20,000 nt of DNA from an uncultured virus (IMG/VR IMGVR_UViG_3300032285_001110) (lineage: Duplodnaviria; Heunggongvirae; Uroviricota; Caudoviricetes). The position numbers and the translations under genes are program-made. The notes under the pieces are model-generated. The model ran no database searches. It had not been told where the DNA came from and saw only the letters and a program-made list of their open reading frames with translations. Location: the IMG/VR virus record IMGVR_UViG_3300032285_001110, one strand, 5' to 3'. Of the stretch, positions 8,347 to 16,738 are shown piece by piece (the first letter of the stretch is position 1; every line of letters starts with the position of its first letter).

Positions 8347-8478
8347 TATTAATCTCTATTCGTTCTCTTGGTCGTTTTCCGTATTAGTGCCACATGACCT
8401 TGTCAGTAAATTACAAGACTAGTTCACCGTAAAATAGGTACTTTATGTGCCTAAACTACAAACTCACTAGCTTTTTAT

Positions 8479-10209
8479 TTAGTTATCGTCAGCTTTACCG
8501 ACTACTCGGCGGGCTGCACCAGTAGTTCCGTATGCTTCAGTAACCAAAGTCTCTCTAATCTGCTGTTCCGCAGAGGCGTTATCCATTGCAATCTGCTGAG
8601 CTGCAGGGTCTTGTCCCTGAGGACCAACCTGGCCATCACCAAGGACATCACCATCACCCAGCATTACTGGGTCCATTGGAGTAGCCGAACCATCAGGTCC
8701 AGCCATCATTCCAGTCAAGTCCATAATCTGCTTGTTAATCTGTACCTTAAGTAGGTTCAGAGCACCATCAGCCTCAGCATCAGCCATAAGTTCTTGACGA
8801 ATCTCTTGTAGCTTCTCTTCTGGGAATTCCTCACCAAGGGCACGGAGTGCACCTTCCTTAGACTCAAGACCCATAGCAATCTTCTGCTGGAGCTCGTTAA
8901 GAAGAACTAGCTTGTCTAGAGGTAGTGGTGGAGGGAAGTGAGTGTAAGTAACGTAAGTTAGTGGGTCGTTAGGGTCTAACTGAGTAAGCTGCCCATCCTT
9001 GATTGGCCCATCTTCATCTGGGTTGTAGGTAAACGACTCAGGTTCTTTAACTGCAAGGTTAAGAATTACAAGCTCATTGATTCGTTCTAGACCCTTACCG
9101 TATACTGCGGTCTTCTGCGACCAACGGTTCATTAGAGGCTGGAACTGGATGCTAAGAGCAACACCCGAAGTATTAGAAATAGGCTGTGCTTGACCAAGAG
9201 CAGTCTCAGGTACGTTCATAAGTTCGTGCATCGACATCTTTAGTCGGTCCATAAACTCTAGAGCACCCTGAATACCAGCACCGCCACCCTCAAGGTTGAA
9301 GACCTGAGCGTCCTTTGGAAGACCACCCCAGACCTTCTTAGCACCCTTTTCAAGGTTAGAGGCCTTAGCACCAACAATAACTGTTACAGGAGCAGCGTGG
9401 TAGTTGATGATGTCTGCAATGTCCGTAGCAATTTCGTTGTACGAACGATTGATAGTAATAATGTCATGTGCGTCTGATAGGCCCCAAGGAGAACCAGAGA
9501 CAGCAATATTAGGAATATGTACAACAGGAATCAAACCAAGTGGGTTTGGACGACTGTCAATCAGCTCGTCATTGATGTATTCTTCGATGATGTCATCAGT
9601 AAGAATCTCAGTGTAAGTAAACACCTGACGAGTACCTTCTAGCGAAGTTCCCCAGAAACGGTACTTCTGCTTGAAACGCAATAGACGCTGGCGGTCGTGG
9701 GGGTGAAACTCAGGGAAACAGAACGCAGGGTTCAAAGGAAGAATACGTACACGACCTGGGTGTACACGGCCAATACTATCCTGGTAAGCATCTTCGTAGG
9801 CAACCTTTACAAAGGTGTCACCAGTGATACCACCAGTCTGTGCCATTTCAAATAGCACACGCTGCTTGTCATTATCTACAGTCCATACACGCTCTAGACG
9901 GTCAGGAATAATAGCCTCAGTAGCCTTAGGGCTACGGAAATGTACGCCGTTACCAAATGTAAAGCGTGCAATATAGTCTAGGAATGCTCGGTAGTAGTTA
10001 AGCGAAATCTGCATTTCGCCCTGCTCACGACGGTAACCCCAGTGGTGACCAAGGTACATAGCCCAGTTAAGCGAATAACGGTTTAAGCGAGGACCGTGAA
10101 CCTCAAATTCTTCGTCAGCAAGCTCGACAAGCCCCAGAGGAGAAATGGATACTGTGAGGTCAGAAGAAGCCGCCCTATAAGAAGGAGGGGAGAAGTCCAT
10201 AAAAGACAT
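8479..10209 (-). CDS. Portal protein (SPP1 gp6-like)
   Basis: 576 aa; NPLGLIPVVHIPN, GLSDAHDIITINRSYN and SNTSGVALSIQFQPL motifs; between terminase and scaffold. Confidence 0.92.
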   Translation of the reverse strand: MSFMDFSPPSYRAASSDLTVSISPLGLVELADEEFEVHGPRLNRYSLNWAMYLGHHWGYRREQGEMQISLNYYRAFLDYIARFTFGNGVHFRSPKATEAIIPDRLERVWTVDNDKQRVLFEMAQTGGITGDTFVKVAYEDAYQDSIGRVHPGRVRILPLNPAFCFPEFHPHDRQRLLRFKQKYRFWGTSLEGTRQVFTYTEILTDDIIEEYINDELIDSRPNPLGLIPVVHIPNIAVSGSPWGLSDAHDIITINRSYNEIATDIADIINYHAAPVTVIVGAKASNLEKGAKKVWGGLPKDAQVFNLEGGGAGIQGALEFMDRLKMSMHELMNVPETALGQAQPISNTSGVALSIQFQPLMNRWSQKTAVYGKGLERINELVILNLAVKEPESFTYNPDEDGPIKDGQLTQLDPNDPLTYVTYTHFPPPLPLDKLVLLNELQQKIAMGLESKEGALRALGEEFPEEKLQEIRQELMADAEADGALNLLKVQINKQIMDLTGMMAGPDGSATPMDPVMLGDGDVLGDGQVGPQGQDPAAQQIAMDNASAEQQIRETLVTEAYGTTGAARRVVGKADDN

Positions 10210-10532
10210 TACTTCTTACCCTTCTTTACTACCTTTTTGCTAGCTGGCTTTTTCTTTTCGTCACCCTTGTGACGTGCATCTTTGTGACCATCTTCACCAT
10301 GTGCAAGCTTCTTGTGCTTAGATTTTTCCTGAGCGTGCTTCATAAGTTTTTCTTTATACGCTCTGTCGCTAGCGTCTTCAAATTTACCGCCGAGCTCTAG
10401 ATAGCGGCGGTGTACCCAAGCGGAAGCACCCGCAGATGGGTAAATTCGGTATTTCATTTTGGCCTGGTTAACTACCAGACCCCATAACGTTTGGTTAGTT
10501 GGTACTTGACGACCACCAGTAGTGTTATCCAT
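10209..10532 (-). CDS. Small basic protein (LW...AK.KY..YPSA.ASAWV.RRY..LGGKF motif, Lys-rich tail)
   Basis: GAGGAG RBS; TAATG overlap with the portal gene; Lys/His-rich C-terminus. Confidence 0.75.
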   Translation of the reverse strand: MDNTTGGRQVPTNQTLWGLVVNQAKMKYRIYPSAGASAWVHRRYLELGGKFEDASDRAYKEKLMKHAQEKSKHKKLAHGEDGHKDARHKGDEKKKPASKKVVKKGKK

Positions 10533-10550
10533 TACTTCTCCTCAAACCGT

Positions 10551-10595
10551 GCACCCTACTTCCTACACTAGTAATTAATGTAGGAAGTAGGTTGC
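10551..10595. repeat. Inverted repeat / hairpin without U-tract
   Basis: CCTACTTCCTACA (10555-10567) and TGTAGGAAGTAGG (10579-10591) form a perfect 13-bp stem, extended by GCA/TGC after one mismatch. Confidence 0.85.
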
Positions 10596-10600
10596 TAAAC
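10565..10600 (-). promoter_or_regulatory. Putative phage promoter (GTTTAGCAAC-N20-TAGTGT)
   Basis: One copy of the fixed-spacing intergenic motif described in the findings; canonical TAnnnT -10. Confidence 0.5.
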
Positions 10601-10604
10601 GTTA

Positions 10605-11000
10605 TTAGTCGTTTACTACGGTTGCGTTGAGACGCTGCATACGGCCACCCGATACATACTTAGTCTCGATAACCTGCTCAGCGTTCTGCGAGAACGAACC
10701 GTGAGCAAATTCACTAAGGAATGTTGGTGCCTCAATCCAAGCAGCAGAACCTACGTGAGTACGCTCCTGTAGAGTCTCAGCAGCTGTCTTGGTGTGTACT
10801 GGAGCGTTGCGGTTTGGGCGACCTGGAGCGGCAGCAAAGCCGTTCGATACGCCTACCTGGAAATCAGTAGGAACGTCAGTGTCAGTTGCGATACCCTCTT
10901 CAAAACGAAGTGGGCCACGACGCTCCATGTTTCCAGCTCCCTTTAGCTCATATGCCTGTGGGGCACGCTCAGGGAATTGTGGTGCTGGTGATAGTCCCAT
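10605..11000 (-). CDS. Hypothetical protein between terminase and portal
   Basis: 131 aa; AAGGAG RBS; codon style like the capsid gene. Confidence 0.8.
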   Translation of the reverse strand: MGLSPAPQFPERAPQAYELKGAGNMERRGPLRFEEGIATDTDVPTDFQVGVSNGFAAAPGRPNRNAPVHTKTAAETLQERTHVGSAAWIEAPTFLSEFAHGSFSQNAEQVIETKYVSGGRMQRLNATVVND

Positions 11001-11020
11001 GGGAACTCCTTAAATAGAAA

Positions 11021-11036
11021 TGAAATTCGAATTTCA
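11021..11036. repeat. Perfect 16-bp palindrome TGAAATTCGAATTTCA
   Basis: Self-complementary sequence in the gap after the terminase gene, upstream of the RBS of 10605..11000. Confidence 0.85.
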
Positions 11037-11042
11037 ATTAAT

Positions 11043-11078
11043 AGTTTGACTGACTACTGCCAGTTTTTGTTGCTAAAA
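11043..11078 (-). promoter_or_regulatory. Putative phage promoter (TTTTAGCAAC-N20-CAAACT)
   Basis: Aligns without gaps to the copy at 16991-17026. Confidence 0.5.
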
Positions 11079-12665
11079 GAACGGAGAACTGCTTACCTCT
11101 AGCTCAGGCATTGTCAGGCTCTTAGTTAGAGAACACGCAATTGCCAGTGAGTCTACGAAGTCATCATGAGCATATGCCTCATCTGGTGCAGCCACCATGA
11201 AGTTTGGTCCCTTGTACTGAATTTCAGCATCAGTCATCTGCTGGTAGAATCGCTTCCACACACGCAGACGCCTAGTTTTAGCATGAGCAGGGAAGCCTAG
11301 CATCTGTCGTTGAATCAAAGCCTGCAGGTGTTTAAACCTAGAAGACTGCTCAGATGGAGATGAGGTAAGTGGAATTACTTCCGCACGTCCCATAAGAATC
11401 TTTAGACGCTGAGCTACTGCGTCACCAACACCGTTGGCATCTACTCCAATAGCGAGAACGTCGTAGTTCGCAAGGAAGTTAACAATCTGGAAATACTGTT
11501 CTTCCCAGTCATCCCCTTGGAGCTCAAGCCAGTTAAGAACTCGGTGGTCGTAATAGCCGAATTCATCAGGTCTGTCCCAATCAACCCAGACCACTGTGAC
11601 AACAGTGGAGTCCATTTTTCGAGCTGGGTCGATGCCGACCACAACAGGTGTATTGTGCCATGATTTGACGAGTTCCTGACTAGTGTCACCCAAGTCGTCC
11701 ATAATGGAAGACGTGACAAACATACCTCGCTCAAGTAACCACTTGCAGTTATACGACATCTGAAACTCATCAGAGTCCTCACCGATGCGAAGCATCTCTT
11801 TCTTAATGTGGGTAGCGTAGTTAGGGTTAACTTTTGCCACTTCACGCCAGTCCCACTGGTAGTGGTTCTGACGGTTTCCTCTACTGGATTGCTTTCGCTT
11901 GTTTAGCTGAATAGCCTTATAGAAGTTATTTTTAGACGTAGTTGGAGTACCTGTTTTGACCATTGTACCAGCGTAATACGCAAGCATAGGGCTAATAGAT
12001 TTAGCAACTACAAAGTCATCTGCTTCCTGGCATTCATCAATAAAGATGATATGAAAGGACTTAGATTCAATCTTAGCTCGTGGGTTGGCGGTCATCATTG
12101 TCATGATTGAGCCAGAGTTCTTTAGTTTGATGGTCTTGGTTACGCCACCAACACGTGCTGCCTGGTCGTCAATCTCAGGGTCACCGAGGATTTCACGAGC
12201 ACGCTCAGATGTGAGTCGTGTGACAGTACGTCCAAAGAGAGTTTCTGCCTGTCCCTCGGTAGGAGCAAACAAGCCAACCCACAAGCCATCTTTAAACTTA
12301 CCCAGTAGTTCTGGGTAACGTTTAGCAAGAATAGGAAGCAAAATCATTAAAGTAGCTACTGTGTCAGCTACAACTTCAGACTTACCTGACTGACGTGCAG
12401 CCAGTGCGGTAATCTCTTCACCGTCACCAATAATCACAGACTCCATAATTCGTCTGGATAGTGGTGTTTGATATGGGTGCAGTGGATGGCCAACTAGCAC
12501 CTCTAGAAATCTTTGCATCTTGTCAATGATTCCATTGACAAACTCTTGAGTTAGTTGGTCAAGTTCTTCTTCTGCGTACTCATCATCAAGACCCGCTTCA
12601 TGACCTTCAGCAAAGTACTCTGGAGTAATTTCTTCAAATTGTTGTTCTTCGTTTTCAAAACTCAT
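11073..12665 (-). CDS. terL: Terminase large subunit
   Basis: Walker A ARQSGKS, Walker B IIFIDECQ, coupling motif GTP, and nuclease motifs VVVGIDPAR and HDDFVDS. Start placed at ATG 12663-12665 (MSFENEE). Confidence 0.95.
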   Translation of the reverse strand: MSFENEEQQFEEITPEYFAEGHEAGLDDEYAEEELDQLTQEFVNGIIDKMQRFLEVLVGHPLHPYQTPLSRRIMESVIIGDGEEITALAARQSGKSEVVADTVATLMILLPILAKRYPELLGKFKDGLWVGLFAPTEGQAETLFGRTVTRLTSERAREILGDPEIDDQAARVGGVTKTIKLKNSGSIMTMMTANPRAKIESKSFHIIFIDECQEADDFVVAKSISPMLAYYAGTMVKTGTPTTSKNNFYKAIQLNKRKQSSRGNRQNHYQWDWREVAKVNPNYATHIKKEMLRIGEDSDEFQMSYNCKWLLERGMFVTSSIMDDLGDTSQELVKSWHNTPVVVGIDPARKMDSTVVTVVWVDWDRPDEFGYYDHRVLNWLELQGDDWEEQYFQIVNFLANYDVLAIGVDANGVGDAVAQRLKILMGRAEVIPLTSSPSEQSSRFKHLQALIQRQMLGFPAHAKTRRLRVWKRFYQQMTDAEIQYKGPNFMVAAPDEAYAHDDFVDSLAIACSLTKSLTMPELEVSSSPFF

Positions 12666-12894
12666 TTTTAGCTCGCTTCTGCAGCTCCTGCACAATAGCT
12701 AGTAGTGCCTCAGCACCTAGCTCCATTTCGTACAGTGCGTCCAGATTCTTTTCCTTTTGGTAGTGGGTAATCTCTTTACCAATTACGTACAACGAGTTTT
12801 CAGTCCATGCAATTAGGTCAGAGGTCCCAATGCTCGCTACTCTCTTTTGGAGCTTGGTAGGCTGGGGGCGTCCATCCCTCTTGAAAATCTTCAT
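12655..12894 (-). CDS. Hypothetical helical protein upstream of terL
   Basis: 79-aa amphipathic helical ORF overlapping both neighbours. Confidence 0.65.
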   Translation of the reverse strand: MKIFKRDGRPQPTKLQKRVASIGTSDLIAWTENSLYVIGKEITHYQKEKNLDALYEMELGAEALLAIVQELQKRAKNEF

Positions 12895-13141
12895 CTGTTA
12901 GTACTCTTCCATGCATTGCGAAATTAAGTGCGGTCTCTTCATCATCATATACTCCTGCCCATTTACCTACTACAAGAGCAGAGTTAAACGGTAGTCGAAT
13001 AATCAAAGGTGTGGCGTGTCTAAATGGTGGTTCAATTTCATGGGTATCTCCACGTACGTAAAGCTTACCATTCCACAGTACTTTAAAGTTTGAGAGTATT
13101 TGTACGAAGTGTTGTTTTCCGAGGTTATGTGTCTTAGGCAT
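12818..13141 (-). CDS. Hypothetical protein
   Basis: 107 aa; TAATG overlap with the upstream gene. Confidence 0.7.
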   Translation of the reverse strand: MPKTHNLGKQHFVQILSNFKVLWNGKLYVRGDTHEIEPPFRHATPLIIRLPFNSALVVGKWAGVYDDEETALNFAMHGRVLTDEDFQEGWTPPAYQAPKESSEHWDL

Positions 13142-13863
13142 TATTTTTTATAGGGGTTCTTTCCATTGTTAGCATTTGGGTTAGCTGCCTTAGCAGCTGC
13201 TCTAACTTTTCTCGCAGCATTTTTAGGTGCGTTTGCAATTCCCGCTGAATTTGGTCGTACCACTCGTTTTGTACTAGATACCGCTACCTGTCCAAGTCCA
13301 ATCATTTCATGCATCTTAACATGAGTAGCCCTTTTAGTAGCAAAACGTACTTGTGCTACACGAGCTACCTGATAAATATTTTCTAGTACATCAGGGGCCA
13401 CATTGGCTAAGCTAGCAAGTCCTCTAGGTTTACTTATAAACAAACCATCTACTTGTTGCTTTCCATTTGGAAACCCCCTGTTTAACCAAGGAGAACCTTT
13501 TGAAATAGATTCTTTAAAGTTAGACCATTCACCTGGAGTTACATCGTAATAGTTGTAAAGAGTTCCATCTCGAAACATTACGGTCATTTTTCCAAGTCCA
13601 GCTTGCCCACCTTTACGAGAACCTGCGTATTCTTGATATCCTGCCGCTACTGTGCGGGGACGAGATGCGTCTAAAGATGAGGTGGGAATATCAGTAAGTT
13701 TAACTGGAGAGTCATCAGGTGAGGCACCAGTATTAGCTCCAGCGGTAGTTGATGACTGAGGGTTATAGTCGCCAAACTTAGTTATATCTGGGCTTTGACC
13801 ATTTTCTAATTGACTATACGTATTGCCGTAGTAGTTTGCGTCGTCAGACGTGTACCCTGCCAT
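13141..13863 (-). CDS. KTSC-domain-containing protein
   Basis: SRPRTVAAGY...MTVMFRDGTLYNYYDVTPGEWSNFKESISKG fits the KTSC pattern; AGGAG RBS; basic C-terminal tail. Confidence 0.75.
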   Translation of the reverse strand: MAGYTSDDANYYGNTYSQLENGQSPDITKFGDYNPQSSTTAGANTGASPDDSPVKLTDIPTSSLDASRPRTVAAGYQEYAGSRKGGQAGLGKMTVMFRDGTLYNYYDVTPGEWSNFKESISKGSPWLNRGFPNGKQQVDGLFISKPRGLASLANVAPDVLENIYQVARVAQVRFATKRATHVKMHEMIGLGQVAVSSTKRVVRPNSAGIANAPKNAARKVRAAAKAANPNANNGKNPYKK

Positions 13864-13873
13864 ACTTACTCCT

Positions 13874-13911
13874 AAAAGAATTGCCCTCCCAGTAGTTTAC
13901 TGGAAGGGCAA
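13874..13911 (-). terminator. Intrinsic terminator
   Basis: Minus strand TTGCCCTTCCAGTA-AAC-TACTGGGAGGGCAA-TTCTTTT; 14 bp with one G.U pair. Confidence 0.8.
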
Positions 13912-13929
13912 CTCGTTGTAACCTTAAAG
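13894..13929 (-). promoter_or_regulatory. Putative phage promoter (CTTTAAGGTT-N20-TAAACT)
   Basis: Same spacing as the other copies; the -10 straddles the terminator loop. Confidence 0.5.
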
Positions 13930-13931
13930 GA

Positions 13932-14933
13932 CTATGCCCATAGAGCGATAGTGATACCTGCAGTACCATCGATTGCAGCAGCACCTGCAGCTACCGACTG
14001 GGTAGACACGGTACCAGTTACACCCTTGATGGTTACACCCGAAAGTGAGCTCAAGGCAACTGCAGTAGTAGCAGTAGTAGTAAAGGTAACCGAAGTGGTG
14101 GTTACAGCAGTAGCGATGTAGAAGTTGTTCTGGAATTCAGTGGTTGCGTTAGCACCAAGAATCTGGAACGCCTGACCTGCAGCGTAAGTGTTTGTGGCGG
14201 TGGTTACAGTAACCGAAGTGGTACCTGCAGTACGTGCAATAGCACTAACTGCAAGAGCGGTGTTGGTAACTGCAGTACCTACGGTGATGGTGGCAGTGTA
14301 ACCGTTGTCACGAAGACCATCCTGAGCACCGTAAGCCGAGTAGGTTACAGCACCAGTACCAGTAGAGGTGATGTCAGTAGCAGTACCGTTAGCACCTAGT
14401 ACGCTAGGTACTACGATGTTTGGTGTGAATGTCCAAGCACCATCAGCACCAAAAGCAATTGCAGTGGTAGACATTGCAGCGGTAGTTGGAAGGCTGATGT
14501 TAACAGTGGTTCCGCTTACCGAAGTGACGAACGCACCTGCAGGAATGTAACCAGTCGAGGCTACGCCCTGACCCGCAGAGATACCTGCTGCCGAAGCAAC
14601 AACTACGCTGTACGAACCAATGGTTGCTTGAGTAGCAGTGGTGCTGACAGTGGTACCCGAGATACCTACCGTGCTCTTACCTGGGTCGCCCTGGTACTGG
14701 TTGTTGATGTCTTTAGAACCAGTCGAGAAGGCTGGGTAGCCACCCCAACCCGAGTAAGCGATGTCGTGACCGTCTTTACCCTTAAGTAGACGCTTTGAAG
14801 TACCGTCCTGAGCAACGTTAGTGTCAGTGTTTAGGGTACGAACGTCGTTTGGCTGCATTGGGAAGTTACCCCATGCGAAGTCAATCTGGTTGTTACCTGC
14901 CGAGTCTAGTGGCTTTCCGCTATTACTAGCCAT
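13932..14933 (-). CDS. Putative virion/surface protein with an interrupted PASTA-like domain
   Basis: VVPSVLG...AQDGLRDNGY...GTVSTQSVAAG...ITIALW match the PASTA consensus segments; Thr/Ala/Gly-rich. Confidence 0.65.
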   Translation of the reverse strand: MASNSGKPLDSAGNNQIDFAWGNFPMQPNDVRTLNTDTNVAQDGTSKRLLKGKDGHDIAYSGWGGYPAFSTGSKDINNQYQGDPGKSTVGISGTTVSTTATQATIGSYSVVVASAAGISAGQGVASTGYIPAGAFVTSVSGTTVNISLPTTAAMSTTAIAFGADGAWTFTPNIVVPSVLGANGTATDITSTGTGAVTYSAYGAQDGLRDNGYTATITVGTAVTNTALAVSAIARTAGTTSVTVTTATNTYAAGQAFQILGANATTEFQNNFYIATAVTTTSVTFTTTATTAVALSSLSGVTIKGVTGTVSTQSVAAGAAAIDGTAGITIALWA

Positions 14934-14989
14934 AATGTTTTTCTTTCTCTAGAGTTTTATTTTTTTACTTCCCCGTGCACTGAGGAAAC

Positions 14990-15226
14990 TTATTCTTCTT
15001 CACATTCATGAAGTTCAATTTCGTCCTCATAGAGAATCTCTCCGCAGTATTTGCATTTAAATAAGCGAACGTCATCTAGTGCTTCGTGTAAGGAGTCCGA
15101 GGTGTAATCTGTGTCATAAACCACTGGAGCTTGAACTAACAGCTCTTGCGGAATAGGACCATGAGGTCTGTAAGGTCCGTTAGGTACAGGGTGGCCCTGT
15201 ACTGCGAACTTTCTAATTATAGGCAT
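14990..15226 (-). CDS. Small protein with C-terminal Zn-finger-like motif
   Basis: FKCKYCGEILYEDEIELHEC (CxxC-x11-HxC). Confidence 0.7.
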   Translation of the reverse strand: MPIIRKFAVQGHPVPNGPYRPHGPIPQELLVQAPVVYDTDYTSDSLHEALDDVRLFKCKYCGEILYEDEIELHECEEE

Positions 15227-15227
15227 A

Positions 15228-15464
15228 TTATGCCGCTGGTGTCTCGTCTACTGGTGCAGGCTCTTCTACAGGAGCAGATACAGTAGTTTTCTTCTTAGAA
15301 GGAGCAGGAGTTTCTGCAACTGGTACAACCAAGTTAAGCTGACCTGCATCACGAGCTGCCGTTAGGAAACGGGGTAGGTGAGACTGGCAATAATGCACCA
15401 AGTAGTCAGGGTTAATCTGGTAAGTGTATAGTGCCTCAGACTGGCAATTTGCACAAGTAATCAT
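15228..15464 (-). CDS. Small Cys/His (Zn-binding-like) protein with Pro/Ala tail
   Basis: CANC...YCQSH; GAGG RBS; TAATG overlap. Confidence 0.7.
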   Translation of the reverse strand: MITCANCQSEALYTYQINPDYLVHYCQSHLPRFLTAARDAGQLNLVVPVAETPAPSKKKTTVSAPVEEPAPVDETPAA

Positions 15465-16357
15465 TATTTCTTTCCTCTTGGAGTAGCTTTAGCTGCAGCA
15501 GCTTTTCTCTTAGCTTTAGTTATAGCACCTTTTTGTGCAGGAGTAGGTCGAGCAGGAAGGTGAGCTCCTTCAGTTTCTGCAGGCCACTGGTGCCTATTCA
15601 TTTGCGTGGCTCCCTGTGGGCCATTACCATCTAAGTTTGCATTTAATGGATGATTACTAGATGGGCCAAAAGTGTACTTACTGCCACTCTTACTAGTGCC
15701 ATATTTACTAGCAGTGAATGTACGTGGTGCGGTCTGTGGACCCGCTTTTCTATCATAAAATCCAGGGGCTACAGTAGCTCCATTAGCAAGAGTTATTGGC
15801 TTCTGCCCATCAGAAGGTCGTTGAGACATTCTACTAAAGTTCTTACTGTCTCCGTAGTGAGCATCAAGGAACTGCCCTGCAAAACTTTTAGTACCGTCTT
15901 GTACGTTACGAGGTGCTGGCTTTCCGTTATTAGTACGCAAATTACCAGGTGCAGCAGGAAAAGGTGCCCCAGGCTCATTTCCACCGTAAACTACCCCACG
16001 TCCTGCAGGAAGATGTGCTCCAGGGTCTTTAAACTGATTAGGGTTTAGGGAGTTACTAGGAGCCATAGTTCCCTCTCCCTCATGGTGCCCATATACGGTG
16101 CTGTGAATGAACTTTTTACCCATAGGTGTTCGGGCTGCAATGTCATTAACTTGCCCAGCAAATTCTGCTTGACCTTTTTGCTGCCCAAGATGGTGTAGAG
16201 CTACTGCGTGAGTGCCCTGCACACTGGCAAGACGTCTATCCAGCATGTCCGTTACAACCGAACCATACTTACGCTTGCCAGCTTTTGGCGGAGTAAACGC
16301 AGGAATATTGCTACTACCTGCAATAAAGCTCTTGCTTGCGTTAACGGACATCGCCAT
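15464..16357 (-). CDS. Basic, Gly/Pro-rich, probably disordered protein
   Basis: 297 aa; low hydrophobicity; KAKRKAAAAKATPRGKK tail. Confidence 0.7.
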   Translation of the reverse strand: MAMSVNASKSFIAGSSNIPAFTPPKAGKRKYGSVVTDMLDRRLASVQGTHAVALHHLGQQKGQAEFAGQVNDIAARTPMGKKFIHSTVYGHHEGEGTMAPSNSLNPNQFKDPGAHLPAGRGVVYGGNEPGAPFPAAPGNLRTNNGKPAPRNVQDGTKSFAGQFLDAHYGDSKNFSRMSQRPSDGQKPITLANGATVAPGFYDRKAGPQTAPRTFTASKYGTSKSGSKYTFGPSSNHPLNANLDGNGPQGATQMNRHQWPAETEGAHLPARPTPAQKGAITKAKRKAAAAKATPRGKK

Positions 16358-16709
16358 CTCGTTTCTTAAGGCCCTCTATTTCAGATTCTATCGCTTCAAA
16401 GCGTTTATTACCCTCTGAAAGTCGGGTGTCTATAGTATCTAGTTTCTTTTCTACACGCTTCATAGCGTCTTTCATGGTTGAGCCACCATTGTGCTTTAGC
16501 TCACCATCGATGTTGTTGAGACGTGCCATGACCCCAGGCACGGCGTCCCTGCCAGGTGCAGCAGGTTCGCCAGCCCAGTCACGCATGAATGTGTCCCACT
16601 TTTTGTCAAAGGTTCTTGACCACTTGTAAACCCAACGAAAGATTCCCACAACCACTCCTAGAATTAGCATAAATACACCAATTGCTGCGTTGATTTGTGT
16701 CCATTCCAT
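16341..16709 (-). CDS. Membrane protein of the lysis cassette (single N-terminal TM plus coiled coil)
   Basis: Hydrophobic segment AAIGVFMLILGVVVGIF, then ELKHNGGSTMKDAMKRVE and a coiled coil; AAGGA RBS; follows the holin. Confidence 0.75.
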   Translation of the reverse strand: MEWTQINAAIGVFMLILGVVVGIFRWVYKWSRTFDKKWDTFMRDWAGEPAAPGRDAVPGVMARLNNIDGELKHNGGSTMKDAMKRVEKKLDTIDTRLSEGNKRFEAIESEIEGLKKRDGDVR

Positions 16710-16738
16710 GTGAGAATCCTTCTTGTAGGGCTAGTGCG

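Noticed and set aside
11073..12665. Intein, intron or recoded stop codons in terminase and neighbouring genes
   Set aside because: The terminase is of normal length with contiguous motifs; TAG, TAA and TGA all end genes at sensible junctions under the standard code.
12666..12695. N-terminal extension MCRSCRSELK of the terminase
   Set aside because: It lies deep inside the upstream gene; the ATG at 12663-12665 gives a shorter, more typical overlap.
14968..14987. Short hairpin TTCCTCAG-TGCA-CGGGGAA upstream of the PASTA-like gene as a terminator
   Set aside because: The stem is weak and bulged and is followed by an A-tract on the coding strand; insufficient support.
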